A DNA stretch of 64,000 nucleotides, taken from Gammaproteobacteria bacterium. GTDB lineage: Bacteria; Pseudomonadota; Gammaproteobacteria; CAJXQU01. This document shows, piece after piece, positions 34,403 through 44,876 of the stretch. The notes beneath the pieces are model-generated. The model was not told the origin of the DNA. It searched no databases and saw only the letters and a program-made list of their open reading frames with translations. The translations under genes and the position numbers were made by a program. The stretch's first letter is position 1. Each line of letters begins with the position of its first letter. The stretch spans positions 969,414-1,033,413 of the forward strand of contig CBDDAG010000003.1 in assembly GCA_965224825.1 (NCBI GenBank), read 5' to 3'.

Positions 34403-34609
34403 TTAATAGTGAGGAGGACGTTCATCAACCTCTTTCCCATCAGAGCCAGCATCTGTAAGTGCCCTGGCTTGTTCGAGCAAATGTCGATAACCATTGTCGA
34501 GTTGATCAAGACGTTTTTGTTGTTCAAAAATAGTTTTGTTGAGTTCCTGAATCAGATCTTCCTGATAGGCAAGTTTTGTTTCGAGTTCGATTAGGCGTTT
34601 TTCAGTCAT
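34403..34609 (-). CDS. slyX: SlyX-family coiled-coil protein
   Basis: 68 aa. MTEKRLIELETKLAYQEDLIQELN…. Confidence 0.7.
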   Translation of the reverse strand: MTEKRLIELETKLAYQEDLIQELNKTIFEQQKRLDQLDNGYRHLLEQARALTDAGSDGKEVDERPPHY

Positions 34610-34620
34610 AACGGGATTAT

Positions 34621-34783
34621 ATACCCGTCATCATTGGAATTGCGGTTTCTTTAAGTACGTATACTGAATGGGCTGGCAAGGCATATTATCAAAGTAATAG
34701 TGGTTCTATTGCTTGATAATATAACGCAGCCAGCACATTCAGTATGCGTGCTAAAAATCTGCAACTCCAATGATGACGGGTAT
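34621..34783. repeat. MITE-like palindromic element of about 163 bp (23-bp terminal IR ATACCCGTCATCATTGGAATTGC, 1 mismatch, plus an internal IR)
   Basis: Read in sequence between slyX and the ICMT-like gene. Confidence 0.55.
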
Positions 34784-34860
34784 TTATCATGAAGTATTAC
34801 TAGACAGTCTATAAATGGTTTAGAATTTAGAAATGACGTGTCAAACAGCCTGTTGCAAAT

Positions 34861-35316
34861 ATGCTAGAACTTAAAATCCCGCCACCCGTTTATATGTTGC
34901 TCACGGCGGGCGGAATGTGGTTGGTGGATCGTCTCCTGCCTGTGGCCGAAATAATTCCCACTCCCTGGAACAAGCTCGGTTATTTGTTCGTCATTATTGC
35001 GCTGTTTACCGATGGAACATCGTTGATGCAGTTTTTCCGTAGTCATACGACGATGAATCCGATTCGACCGGATAAGGCAAAAAATCTGGTGACGACGGGC
35101 ATGTATCAGATCACCAGAAACCCAATGTATGTTGGACTCCTGTTTTTGTTGATCGGCTGGGGATTTCTGTTGGGCAGTTTTATGCCTTTTCTTTTATTGC
35201 CGATCTTTATTCTACTGATCACAACGCAACAAATTATCCCGGAAGAAAGAATTCTGGAAGAAAAGTTTGGCCAGCAATATCGAGACTATAAAGATTCCGT
35301 TAATCGCTGGTTTTGA
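34861..35316 (+). CDS. ICMT/PEMT-family membrane methyltransferase
   Basis: …TTGMYQITRNPMYVGLLFLLIGWGFLLGSF…. Confidence 0.6.
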   Translation: MLELKIPPPVYMLLTAGGMWLVDRLLPVAEIIPTPWNKLGYLFVIIALFTDGTSLMQFFRSHTTMNPIRPDKAKNLVTTGMYQITRNPMYVGLLFLLIGWGFLLGSFMPFLLLPIFILLITTQQIIPEERILEEKFGQQYRDYKDSVNRWF

Positions 35317-35327
35317 AATAAACTCTC

Positions 35328-36323
35328 ATGGCAAAAAGAAAACTAAGCACGCAACAAAAAAGAAGGATTAGTGAAAAGAGAAATGCAAAAAACGATCAGG
35401 GAAAAGTATCTTCCAAAGAGAATCTGACAACAGAAAATCAGACTGGTTTGGTTATAACTAATTTTGGAAAAAAAGTGCTGATCGAGACACCAGAGGGAGA
35501 AAGATACAAATGTAATATTCGCCAGCATTTAGGAAAATTGGCTGCTGGTGATCGCGTCATCTGGCAAGAAGATCAGGAGCCTTTTACGGGTGTTATCAGC
35601 CAATTGCAAGAAAGAAAAACTTTATTGAGCCGCCCGGGTTTTCGTGGCGAGGTCAGGATGATCGCCGCAAATATCAGCCTGATCGGGATCGTTGTCCCCA
35701 TTCTTCCTGGTATTCATCCTGATATGATCGATCGCTATCTGGTCGCAGCGGAACAGATTGGAATTCCGTCATTTATTATTTTGAATAAAATTGATCTGGT
35801 TGAAGAGGAAGAACATTGGGAAGCAATAGAAGAAATTTTGAAGCCTTATAATGATCTAAAGGTTCCGATCATTCTAACCTCCAGTTATAAAGATCATGGT
35901 CTGGATGATTTACAAAACAAACTGATCAATCAAATGAGCGTTTTTGTTGGCGCATCGGGAGCAGGAAAATCATCACTGATCAATGCGTTAATTCCTGATC
36001 TGGAAATCCGCGTTGGTGAACTCTCCGAGGCAACGGGTTTGGGTAGTCACACCACAAGTAATAGTATTCTTTATCATCTTCCAAACGGTGGTGATCTGAT
36101 TGATTCGCCGGGTGTACGGCAGTTTACGCCGAAACCTTGCAGCCTCTCCGAGCTGGAACAGTTTTATCACGACTTTGAGCCTTTCCTGGATCAATGTAAA
36201 TTTAGCAACTGCACACACACACATGAACCTGGTTGCGCGATGATAAATGCTGTCGAAAACGATCAGATCTCAGTGCAAAGATTACAGAGTTTTCATCGAT
36301 TGTTGGAAGAGTTTGAAGGTTAA
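35328..36323 (+). CDS. rsgA: Ribosome small-subunit-dependent GTPase A
   Basis: Circularly permuted GTPase (NKIDL, GASGAGKSSLINAL, DSPG). C-terminal zinc finger C-x2-C…H…C. Confidence 0.9.
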   Translation: MAKRKLSTQQKRRISEKRNAKNDQGKVSSKENLTTENQTGLVITNFGKKVLIETPEGERYKCNIRQHLGKLAAGDRVIWQEDQEPFTGVISQLQERKTLLSRPGFRGEVRMIAANISLIGIVVPILPGIHPDMIDRYLVAAEQIGIPSFIILNKIDLVEEEEHWEAIEEILKPYNDLKVPIILTSSYKDHGLDDLQNKLINQMSVFVGASGAGKSSLINALIPDLEIRVGELSEATGLGSHTTSNSILYHLPNGGDLIDSPGVRQFTPKPCSLSELEQFYHDFEPFLDQCKFSNCTHTHEPGCAMINAVENDQISVQRLQSFHRLLEEFEG

Positions 36324-36489
36324 GGAACCTCTGATCAATACATGAATGACTAGCTTGAGTCCATAATTTCCAATAGCCGCGTTGCAAAGCACTTGCAATA
36401 GAACAACTATTACAAACACTTAGCGCCTTGCTCTTGAAAATTCTGAATCTCAATCTATTTCATCCATGTATTGATCAGAGGTTCCCTAA
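36321..36489. repeat. MITE-like element of about 169 bp with a perfect 21-bp terminal IR GGAACCTCTGATCAATACATG (25 bp with 1 mismatch)
   Basis: Begins at the rsgA stop codon. Upstream of deaD. Confidence 0.55.
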
Positions 36490-36580
36490 ACCTATATGAT
36501 CAGTACGGTTTTCTATAAATTAAACATGCAAGCAGTCATATAAACCGTTACACTACGCAACCATTTTTAGGTACTGCATA

Positions 36581-38410
36581 ATGACTTCCGACACAACCAC
36601 AACAACAGTTACAGCGTTTAATGAATTAGCGCTGGATAAAGCACTTTTAAAAGGACTGGATGATGTGGGTTATGAAACGCCATCACCGATTCAGGCACAA
36701 ACAATCCCGTTGTTATTGGATGGCAGAGATATTATTGGTCAGGCACAAACAGGCACGGGTAAAACAGCGGCGTTTGCATTGCCATTATTGTCCAACCTTG
36801 ATCTGAAACAGAAAGATCCACAGGTTATGGTTCTGGCTCCGACACGTGAGCTAGCGATCCAGGTGGCCGAAGCTTTCCAGAAATATGCCCGACATCTGAA
36901 AGGTTTTCATGTTCTGCCGATTTATGGCGGTCAGGAATACGGTGGACAAATTCGTGCGCTGAAACGTGGTGTACACGTTGTCGTTGGTACGCCGGGACGC
37001 GTGATGGATCACATGCGTAAAGGAACATTAAAGCTCGATAATCTTAGTGCATTGGTGCTGGATGAAGCCGATGAAATGTTGCGCATGGGTTTTATTGATG
37101 ATGTTGAGTGGGTGCTGGAACAAACACCTGATGACATACAGATTGCATTATTCTCCGCCACCATGCCACAGCAAATCCGTCGAATTGCGACGAAATACCT
37201 GACGGATCCTGAACAAATTACCATCAAGGTAAAAACCGCGACGGCAGAAACTATTCGCCAGCGTTTTATTATTGTAAATGGCATGCACAACAAGCTGGAA
37301 GCCCTGACACGAATTCTTGAGGCTGAGACTTTTGAAGCCATGATCATTTTCGTTCGAACAAAAACAGCGACTGTTGAGTTAGCCGAAAAACTCGAAGCGC
37401 GTGGTTATTCATCTGCGGCAATAAATGGTGACATTGCTCAGAATCAGCGAGAGCGGACGATCAAACGTCTGAAAAATGGTCAGGTGGATCTATTGGTGGC
37501 GACCGATGTTGCTGCTCGTGGTCTTGATGTTGATCGTATCAGTCATGTTATCAATTTTGATATTCCGCTCGACACAGAATCCTATGTACATCGAATTGGC
37601 CGTACAGGTCGGGCAGGTCGTGAGGGGGATGCGATCCTGTTTGTCGCGCCGCGTGAAAAACGTATGTTGTCAACTATCGAAAGAGTGACGAAGAACAAGA
37701 TCGATAAAATGGAATTGCCATCGACGGAGTTGATCAACGAAAAACGTAGAGAACAGTTCAAGCAAAAAATTACTGATACATTGGCATCCGATAATCTGGG
37801 TTTTTATGCCACTATGATCGAAGAATATCAGCAGGAGCATAATGTTCCGGGTGAAGACATTGCTGCCGCGCTCGCGCAACTTCTTCAGGGAGATACACCG
37901 TTCCTGATCAAGAACATGCCGAAGCAGAAAGAGAATAATCGTGATCGGAATAAAGATAGAAATGAGCGTGGTGGTCGTAATGAACGTCCGCCGCGTAAAG
38001 AACGAGGTCGTGATCGTTCGACATCTTCCCGAAGAGAAGAATCTTCAACGCAGGAAGAAGGCATGCAAAGTTACCGCATTGAAGTAGGGAATAATCATGA
38101 TGTCCGGCCTGGAAATATTGTTGGTGCGATCGCAAATGAAGCCGGAATCGATAGCCAGTATATCGGGCGAATTCGTATTCATGATGATCACACGCTTGTT
38201 GATTTACCCGATGGGATGCCGAAAGAAGTTTTCAATGATCTGAAAAAAGTCTGGGTATCAGGACAACGATTAAATATAACTCGTTATTCGGGTGATGCTG
38301 ATCAGGAAGGTTCGGCCTATCGTCCGGAAACGAAAAAAAATAATCGTCGGCCTTCTGGTGAAGATGGATCCACTAGAACACCGAAGAAAAGAGTGCGGAA
38401 AAGAGATTAG
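36581..38410 (+). CDS. deaD: DEAD-box ATP-dependent RNA helicase DeaD/CsdA
   Basis: AQTGTGKT, DEAD, SAT and HRIGRTGRAG motifs. C-terminal DbpA-like domain and R/E-rich tail. Confidence 0.9.
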   Translation: MTSDTTTTTVTAFNELALDKALLKGLDDVGYETPSPIQAQTIPLLLDGRDIIGQAQTGTGKTAAFALPLLSNLDLKQKDPQVMVLAPTRELAIQVAEAFQKYARHLKGFHVLPIYGGQEYGGQIRALKRGVHVVVGTPGRVMDHMRKGTLKLDNLSALVLDEADEMLRMGFIDDVEWVLEQTPDDIQIALFSATMPQQIRRIATKYLTDPEQITIKVKTATAETIRQRFIIVNGMHNKLEALTRILEAETFEAMIIFVRTKTATVELAEKLEARGYSSAAINGDIAQNQRERTIKRLKNGQVDLLVATDVAARGLDVDRISHVINFDIPLDTESYVHRIGRTGRAGREGDAILFVAPREKRMLSTIERVTKNKIDKMELPSTELINEKRREQFKQKITDTLASDNLGFYATMIEEYQQEHNVPGEDIAAALAQLLQGDTPFLIKNMPKQKENNRDRNKDRNERGGRNERPPRKERGRDRSTSSRREESSTQEEGMQSYRIEVGNNHDVRPGNIVGAIANEAGIDSQYIGRIRIHDDHTLVDLPDGMPKEVFNDLKKVWVSGQRLNITRYSGDADQEGSAYRPETKKNNRRPSGEDGSTRTPKKRVRKRD

Positions 38411-38412
38411 AT

Positions 38413-38438
38413 TGTCATCCTGAGGTATGAAGGATCTC
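38413..38438. repeat. Single REP-like unit TGTCATCCTGAGGTATGAAGGATCTC immediately after the deaD stop
   Basis: Same unit as the 13696-13764 pair. Confidence 0.5.
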
Positions 38439-38491
38439 AGATGGAATCATCTAATGACCAGCATTGCTTGAGCATTGAGGACGATAACTTT

Positions 38492-39172
38492 TTAGTCTTC
38501 AGGTTCTGAACGATTCGATCTTCTCGTAATATCCTTAATAGGAACCGCCACACTAACTTTCTTGCTCAGAATATTCGGTGAAGCATTCGATTTACTGTCC
38601 ACATGGAAATACCGATAGCCATTGATCATCGCTGATATGGTGGCTCCTTTGCCTTTTAGATCATGCAAGATTGCCGTGATGATATGAGCGACAGTAAAAA
38701 TAATAATGAAACTGGCGAAGGTAGAATGAAGTGAGTCGATCGAAAAAATTGTGATGAAATAAAAGTCGTTGAACAGGAATCCGGTGATTGAACAAGCCAG
38801 TAAAACGAGTAGAAAGATCAGATACAAAGGCTGCCAAAAAGGGCTGTGGGCATACCAGCTTGGTAATGGTGATCGCATTAGTGATGCGTAAAACTTGATC
38901 ATCTGAAACATGGAATGAAGTTGAGACCTCTTGGGAACTAGCGAACGCCAATGACTACTCCCGGGAATAAACAGCAAAATAAATCGCACGATCAAAGCAA
39001 CGAAAATAATCTGCCCAACGATTACATGCCAGTCATGCCAGAAAGCAAAACCTGCATCGTCATGATCAATTAACCATGCGCTGGCGATCTGAAATAAAAC
39101 ACCTAAGCCAATAACGGCATGACACAAGCGCATCCAGCCAGACCAGACTAAAACATAACGTACATTGTCCAT
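38492..39172 (-). CDS. Cytochrome b561 / Ni-Fe-hydrogenase b-type cytochrome-like membrane protein
   Basis: 4 TM with conserved His spacing. Weak motif-level call. Confidence 0.45.
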   Translation of the reverse strand: MDNVRYVLVWSGWMRLCHAVIGLGVLFQIASAWLIDHDDAGFAFWHDWHVIVGQIIFVALIVRFILLFIPGSSHWRSLVPKRSQLHSMFQMIKFYASLMRSPLPSWYAHSPFWQPLYLIFLLVLLACSITGFLFNDFYFITIFSIDSLHSTFASFIIIFTVAHIITAILHDLKGKGATISAMINGYRYFHVDSKSNASPNILSKKVSVAVPIKDITRRSNRSEPED

Positions 39173-39178
39173 ATCTTA

Positions 39179-39463
39179 TTAACGAGAACCCCAGATTTTT
39201 GCTACTGCGCGATCAGTACCAAGAATTCCGACCAGTAAACTTAGCAAACCTGCCCCACCAAAGATCACAACAGGAAATAAATAGCCAGGATCTTTCCCTT
39301 GAGCAAGAAAGAATACTAGGGTAGCTAAACCTGAAAACAGGCCTCCCATGATAATTAAAATAGTTCGGTGTGAGGGTTTATAGGCGAACGGATCATCCCC
39401 CGATTCGAATATATTCAGGATGGGGGCAAATAATTTTCGTAGTGTTTTTTTCACAATAAACAA
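39179..39463 (-). CDS. Small hypothetical membrane protein
   Basis: Two predicted TM helices. No recognisable family. Confidence 0.3.
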   Translation of the reverse strand: MFIVKKTLRKLFAPILNIFESGDDPFAYKPSHRTILIIMGGLFSGLATLVFFLAQGKDPGYLFPVVIFGGAGLLSLLVGILGTDRAVAKIWGSR

Positions 39464-39467
39464 TAAT

Positions 39468-39917
39468 CTATTGAGAAGATTCCTGATGACTTTTTGTTTC
39501 TCCAGTTTTGATCATTGCCTGGCCGCTTTTCTCCCAGGCAACAATTCCACCTTCCAAATTGAAAAGACTTTTAAACCCAAGTTCTTTCATTATGATCAAG
39601 GATTTTGCTGTTCGGCCATTTTCAACATTTGCAGCACAGTGAACAATGTAAGTTTTGTCGTGATCAAGTTTTGCCGCTTCTTCAGAAAAACTATCTTCAG
39701 CAATATTAATGTTTACCGACCCTTCGATATGCCCTGCCGCATGTTCTTCGGGCGTTCGGACATCCAGCACAACGATGCTTTTGTCATTTTTAACAAGGTC
39801 GGCTGCTGCACTGATAGTGACGTTTTCGATTTGAGATTCTGTTTTTTCAGGTGCGTCGCAAGAAGCGATTGTTATCAGCAGAACAGCTGAGAGCAGGGCT
39901 TGAAGAATAGTTTTCAT
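39468..39917 (-). CDS. Periplasmic rhodanese-domain lipoprotein
   Basis: Lipobox …ITIASC. Active-site loop …HCAANVENGR…. Confidence 0.7.
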   Translation of the reverse strand: MKTILQALLSAVLLITIASCDAPEKTESQIENVTISAAADLVKNDKSIVVLDVRTPEEHAAGHIEGSVNINIAEDSFSEEAAKLDHDKTYIVHCAANVENGRTAKSLIIMKELGFKSLFNLEGGIVAWEKSGQAMIKTGETKSHQESSQ

Positions 39918-39972
39918 TATATGTTCCAGTGATCAAAAAAGTGATCTGATAATATCAGATAATCTGGATCAT

Positions 39973-40428
39973 TTACTTTTCGTCATCCCGCCAGAATTCC
40001 CCTTCGATGGTTTTCGATTCGGTTTGGGTTTGTTCCTGAGTTTGTGAATAAGTGCTCCCAGCCTGAATAACAGTAAATTTGCTGATCAGCTTTTTCACCA
40101 GAAACTGTCTGACCATTGGGATCAGGCAGAGAAAACCAACAACATCGGTGAAAAATCCAGGGGTTAGTAACAATGCTCCAGTCAGTAGTAAGATCAAACC
40201 TTCCATCATTTCCATCGCCGGCATTTCATGATTGTTTAAGCTAGTTTGGGCACGTGCGAATGTTGAAAGCCCTTGTTTTCTCAGCATGTATGCACCCAAT
40301 ACCGCCGTACCAAAAACCAGCAAGATGGTGTACCAGGCCCCTATCGCAGAGCCGATACTAATCAAGAGGTAGATCTCGAGAACAGGAATAGTAAGGAAAA
40401 TGATGAACAGTATTGTAAATATTGGCAT
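39973..40428 (-). CDS. fxsA: FxsA-family membrane protein
   Basis: N-terminal TM pair and …LLLTPGFFTDVVGFLCLIP…. Confidence 0.75.
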   Translation of the reverse strand: MPIFTILFIIFLTIPVLEIYLLISIGSAIGAWYTILLVFGTAVLGAYMLRKQGLSTFARAQTSLNNHEMPAMEMMEGLILLLTGALLLTPGFFTDVVGFLCLIPMVRQFLVKKLISKFTVIQAGSTYSQTQEQTQTESKTIEGEFWRDDEK

Positions 40429-40765
40429 GTTTATCCGAGAGTTAATTATGCTAGTTATATGGTGCCACCATAGCCTTTTTCAAGGCATCAGAGCAAATTA
40501 TTTTTGTTATAGAAAGGGTTAGTAGAAGTGTCACTACAGTTAAGGTTTGTTAAATGGTCTGGTTGAACTTTATGAATTCACCTAAGATCACTTTCTTCCA
40601 AATTGCAGTAGAACTTTACGGAATCAAAGGGTTACGTAGGTCTATTTTGGCGGGAAAATTTTCTGCAGAAAAAGCTGTTGGAGCCGATACTATAAGTTAG
40701 AAGAGTTATCAGGGACGATAACAAGAATATTCAACAAATAACTATACAATGGATTTAGATAAACT

Positions 40766-41134
40766 ATGAGTAAATTTATACCCCTTATCCTGTTCACCGT
40801 GTTTACAAACTTCGGCTCGCAGATTTTGTTAAAAAAAGGCATGACATCGATCGAACGTTTCGATATGTCCTTTTCCGGCATAACAAGCTCTTTGCTTGAT
40901 ATTATTTTTAACAAATATGTCATCGGTGGATTATTGGTCATGGTGATCAGCATGGGCTCCCATCTGGTTGTTTTATCGCGGGTGGATATCAGCTACGCAT
41001 ACCCTTTCCTTGGACTTTCTTTTGTGCTGGTTACGGCCTGGGGTCATTTTGTGTTATCTGAGAATGTTGATTTCTGGCGTATTTTAGGTGTTGTTTTGAT
41101 CTGTTTGGGTGTTGCCTGCGTAGGTCGAAGTTAA
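40766..41134 (+). CDS. SMR/EamA-like 4-TM transporter (ArnE/ArnF-like)
   Basis: 122 aa with 4 TM. Paired with the downstream epimerase. Confidence 0.45.
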   Translation: MSKFIPLILFTVFTNFGSQILLKKGMTSIERFDMSFSGITSSLLDIIFNKYVIGGLLVMVISMGSHLVVLSRVDISYAYPFLGLSFVLVTAWGHFVLSENVDFWRILGVVLICLGVACVGRS

Positions 41135-41175
41135 TTAAAGAATTTTTGTAAAATATTATTTTTGGTGGAATTAAA

Positions 41176-42168
41176 GTGAAACATATAATTTTTGGTGGTG
41201 ATGGGTTCTTAGGAACAGAGTTGACTAAGAAATTAGTGGCAAAAGGTGAAACGGTTCTGATCTGTGATCTGAAACAAACCTTGGCATCGGGTATTTATGA
41301 TGATGAGTCATTAGTGACCTATAAGAAATTTGATGTAACGGATAAATCTTGTTTCGAAGGACTCGAGATTAATCCGGATGATGTTGTGTATCACTTTGCA
41401 GCAAAATTACTCGTACCAATATTGCCTCGCAAAGAACGTAAGGAATATTTCTGGACAGCGCTTTATGTGGGCACAGAAAATGTTCTTGAATACCTTGAAT
41501 CGCAAGGTATGAAAAAGATGATCTATTTCACGACGGATATGGTGTATGGACATACTAAGTTTAATCCGCGTACTGAAGATCATCCAAGAGAAACACTTGG
41601 TCCTTACGGAGAAGCAAAATATCAGACTGAATTATTATGTGAAAGATACCGTGCAGAAAAAGGATTTAATATCACTATCTTTAGACCTCGTCTGATCAGT
41701 GGGCCAGGTCGACTGGGTATTCTGGAAAAATTATTCAAACTGGTCGATAAAAACTTGCCTGTTCCAACGATTGGAAATGGCAAAAATTATTATCAGTTTA
41801 TTTCTGTCAGTGATTGTGCGGAAGCGGTTCTGTGTGGCGTAAAAGCCGGGTTTCCTAACGAGGCTTATAATTTAGGTTCACTAAATCCACCAACGGTTAA
41901 TGAATTATTAGGTCTTCTGATAAAAGAAGCTGATAGTAAATCTATCCTGATTCCGACACCGGCTTTTGCAGTAAAAGGTGTTCTTGGTTTTCTCGATGTA
42001 ATTGGTTCTCCAATTATGGATCCAGAGCAATACCTGATTGCGGATGAAACTTGTGTGCTTGATGTTTCTAAAGGAGAAAGAGATCTTGGTTGGGTACCTC
42101 AGGATCGTGATCAGGATATGCTTATTGCGTCTTACCATACATATAGAGAACAATTGAAAGCTAGTTAG
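41176..42168 (+). CDS. NAD-dependent epimerase/dehydratase family protein
   Basis: Rossmann fold …IIFGGDGFLGTEL… and YxxxK (…YGEAKYQTE…). Confidence 0.75.
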   Translation: MKHIIFGGDGFLGTELTKKLVAKGETVLICDLKQTLASGIYDDESLVTYKKFDVTDKSCFEGLEINPDDVVYHFAAKLLVPILPRKERKEYFWTALYVGTENVLEYLESQGMKKMIYFTTDMVYGHTKFNPRTEDHPRETLGPYGEAKYQTELLCERYRAEKGFNITIFRPRLISGPGRLGILEKLFKLVDKNLPVPTIGNGKNYYQFISVSDCAEAVLCGVKAGFPNEAYNLGSLNPPTVNELLGLLIKEADSKSILIPTPAFAVKGVLGFLDVIGSPIMDPEQYLIADETCVLDVSKGERDLGWVPQDRDQDMLIASYHTYREQLKAS

Positions 42169-42226
42169 TTTCTAGCATGTTTGAAATAGAAAGGCTTGCC
42201 TGAAAAGGCAGACCTTTTTTATGTGC

Positions 42227-43048
42227 CTAAGCTCCTGGTTGGCAACTACTGCAATAGAAACTTGATCGTTGTCCAATGACTTTCTTCCTGATCGGTTCCT
42301 GACATTTAGTACACGGCTCACCTTCCCTTCCATAAACAGCAAGTTTTTGTTTGAAATATCCCGGTTCACCAGAACTATTGGTAAAATCACGCAATGTTGT
42401 ACCGCCCTGCTTTATGGCTTGATCCAGAATTTTCTGAATAGCTGTTACCAGAATTTCAAAATGTTTTAAGGAGATTTTTCCGGCAGCAATATTGGGGTTA
42501 ATTCCACTCAGAAAAAGGGCTTCACTCGCATAAATATTTCCTACGCCGACAACTACTTTACTGTCCATAATAAAGTTTTTTATTGCAATCTTTCGTTGAC
42601 GAGATCGCTTATGTAACATGAGGGCATTGAATTCCTTATCCCAGGGTTCAGGGCCAAGATTATTTAATAACTTATGTTCAAGTGGATCACCCCTTGTCCA
42701 GAGGCAGCATCCAAATCTTCTTGGATCATGGAACCTTAAACATTGTTTGTTGGAGAGAATCAGATCAATGTGGTCATGTTTTTTTGGTGGGGAGTTCGCT
42801 GGAAGAATTCTAAGATTTCCAGACATGCCGAGATGAAGAATTATTGTCCCGGTATCTGTTCTAATCAGAATATATTTTCCACGACGTTTTACCGATTTGA
42901 TTTCTTGATCAATTGCTTCTGTTTTTAAACTTTCTGGAACCGGCCAACGCAAACGATGATCACGAATAATAATATCAGTAATTGTTTGATCCAGGAGATG
43001 TGGTTCGATACCACGAAGCGTTGTTTCTACCTCTGGTAACTCAGGCAT
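42227..43048 (-). CDS. mutM: Formamidopyrimidine-DNA glycosylase
   Basis: MPELPEVETT… N-terminus. H2TH. C-terminal C4 zinc finger. Confidence 0.95.
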   Translation of the reverse strand: MPELPEVETTLRGIEPHLLDQTITDIIIRDHRLRWPVPESLKTEAIDQEIKSVKRRGKYILIRTDTGTIILHLGMSGNLRILPANSPPKKHDHIDLILSNKQCLRFHDPRRFGCCLWTRGDPLEHKLLNNLGPEPWDKEFNALMLHKRSRQRKIAIKNFIMDSKVVVGVGNIYASEALFLSGINPNIAAGKISLKHFEILVTAIQKILDQAIKQGGTTLRDFTNSSGEPGYFKQKLAVYGREGEPCTKCQEPIRKKVIGQRSSFYCSSCQPGA

Positions 43049-43053
43049 GGTCT

Positions 43054-43578
43054 CTATTCAGCACTTTTTGCGATAAAAGATTCTGCGTCAGCGATCAGTA
43101 AATGGTGAGTTATATCTTTAACCGAGTGAACAATGCCATCATGGAATACATATCGTAGATGATTAAAATCATTGGTATTACCGAAATCAAATTGTTCATC
43201 GTTTAAGAAAAGAGTAACTTTCGGTTCAAATAATTCATACCGATGTAACTCTTTTTGTTTCATGATCTCATGCTGATGACGACTTTTAAGAGTTATAAAT
43301 TTCAAGAGTAAATTTAATTTTTCTGGATCTGCTTTACCTTCAATGGGGGAAGTTATGAGCCATGTTTGATCAGGTTTTTCAAGAATAATTTGTGTTTGAT
43401 CGGCTCTTTGAATCACAATGGTATCAACCTGCCCGGGGTTTAGTTTAGTAAGCTCAAACACTTCATTATCTTCAACAGGATTTCGATTGATGTACATTGT
43501 TAGTGAGGCAACAAGAGCAAGAAGTAACAGGTTAACAATGGTTCTTTTTGACAACATCACAACCCCCTTCTTCGCCAC
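43054..43578 (-). CDS. DUF4340-like periplasmic protein (ABC-2/GldG system accessory)
   Basis: N-terminal TM. Position downstream of the GldG-like gene. Confidence 0.45.
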   Translation of the reverse strand: MAKKGVVMLSKRTIVNLLLLALVASLTMYINRNPVEDNEVFELTKLNPGQVDTIVIQRADQTQIILEKPDQTWLITSPIEGKADPEKLNLLLKFITLKSRHQHEIMKQKELHRYELFEPKVTLFLNDEQFDFGNTNDFNHLRYVFHDGIVHSVKDITHHLLIADAESFIAKSAE

Positions 43579-44876
43579 CAGATAACAACTCCGGCGATTG
43601 CTAAAAGTAAAGGTAAAACGATCAAAAAACCAAGACCTATAATGGCAGAAAGAGTATCTGACATTTCAAAATCAAGATCGGTTGCTGGTCGCGACGGGAT
43701 TGTGATCAGTTGATCATCCGCACTTAACCAATTCATCATTCGTACACCCAGATCAAGATTGCCACCGTTTCCGATATAGCTATTGGAAATAAAATCACTA
43801 TCTCCGACGATTAGAATTCGTTGTTGGTTAGTTGGGGATGTCAGTGCCACTGCGAGCGTTAATGGACCAAGTTTTTCATGTGCTTCATCATAATCAACCT
43901 GATCTTTAATTTCTGAAATTTCTGTCCAGGACTGATCGCTGGAATTAATCAAAGGAAAACTATCCCAGTCTTTTGATGACTTTATTTCAAGTGCAAGAGC
44001 TTGTGGAAATAATGTTGTTAATGAAAAACTTTTTGTGATGGCGTGATCAGGGTATTGAGTAACCGGAATCAGATCAGGCTGGGTAATATTAAATGATTGT
44101 CCTGCACCATCGACAATAATTCCATCTAAAAACTTTACACCAATTAATCCAGCCAGTTCTGGTAAAAGTTGTCGGTGATCAGGCTCTGTTAACCATAAAA
44201 GATTACCACCCTTTTCCAGATAATTTTCTATGATCGGCCATTCGTCGGGTAATAAATTTACTTTTGGATCGGCAATAATCAACACACCTGTGTTATCAGG
44301 GATAGCGGTTGTTTCTGAAAGATTCAATGACTGAGAGTTCAGGCCGCGTTTTTTTAAATACCCAACAAATTTATCCAGATCAAAATTTGCATTTCCAACA
44401 GGAGCTCTTTCACCATGACCGTTAAGAAAAACTAACCAACGATCATCTCCGCGAAATAATGTTGCTATTGAGCTCGTGATCGATTGTTCTGATGGTTTTT
44501 GAAGATGCTCAGTTTTCCCCTGATACCTGATCAACATTTCTGCCGGGAAACGGATGTTATGTTCACGAACCTTGTCCGGGTTTTCTTCGGGGCTTATATA
44601 GTTGATCAAAATATCTGGTTTGATCTGTTGATATTGAGCCATTAGTTTTTCGACCTGTTGACCAAGCTGATCAGAACGATTTACAAACACATCGATTTCA
44701 ATTTTACCGCGTATTTTTTCCAGTAAAACTTTGCTTGGTTCAGTCAGTGATTGGCGACCATTTCTGGTGAGATCTTTGATCAGAATATTTTGTGTACTTG
44801 CCCAGGCCAATAGAACAATACAGCTAATCAAAAGTATCGGAAAGATCAGAGAATTTAGTTTGCGACCAAGATCCAT
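43557..44876 (-). CDS. GldG-like ABC-transport auxiliary component
   Basis: N- and C-terminal TM anchors with a large periplasmic domain. Typical partner of ABC-2 permease and ATPase. Confidence 0.6.
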   Translation of the reverse strand: MDLGRKLNSLIFPILLISCIVLLAWASTQNILIKDLTRNGRQSLTEPSKVLLEKIRGKIEIDVFVNRSDQLGQQVEKLMAQYQQIKPDILINYISPEENPDKVREHNIRFPAEMLIRYQGKTEHLQKPSEQSITSSIATLFRGDDRWLVFLNGHGERAPVGNANFDLDKFVGYLKKRGLNSQSLNLSETTAIPDNTGVLIIADPKVNLLPDEWPIIENYLEKGGNLLWLTEPDHRQLLPELAGLIGVKFLDGIIVDGAGQSFNITQPDLIPVTQYPDHAITKSFSLTTLFPQALALEIKSSKDWDSFPLINSSDQSWTEISEIKDQVDYDEAHEKLGPLTLAVALTSPTNQQRILIVGDSDFISNSYIGNGGNLDLGVRMMNWLSADDQLITIPSRPATDLDFEMSDTLSAIIGLGFLIVLPLLLAIAGVVIWWRRRGL

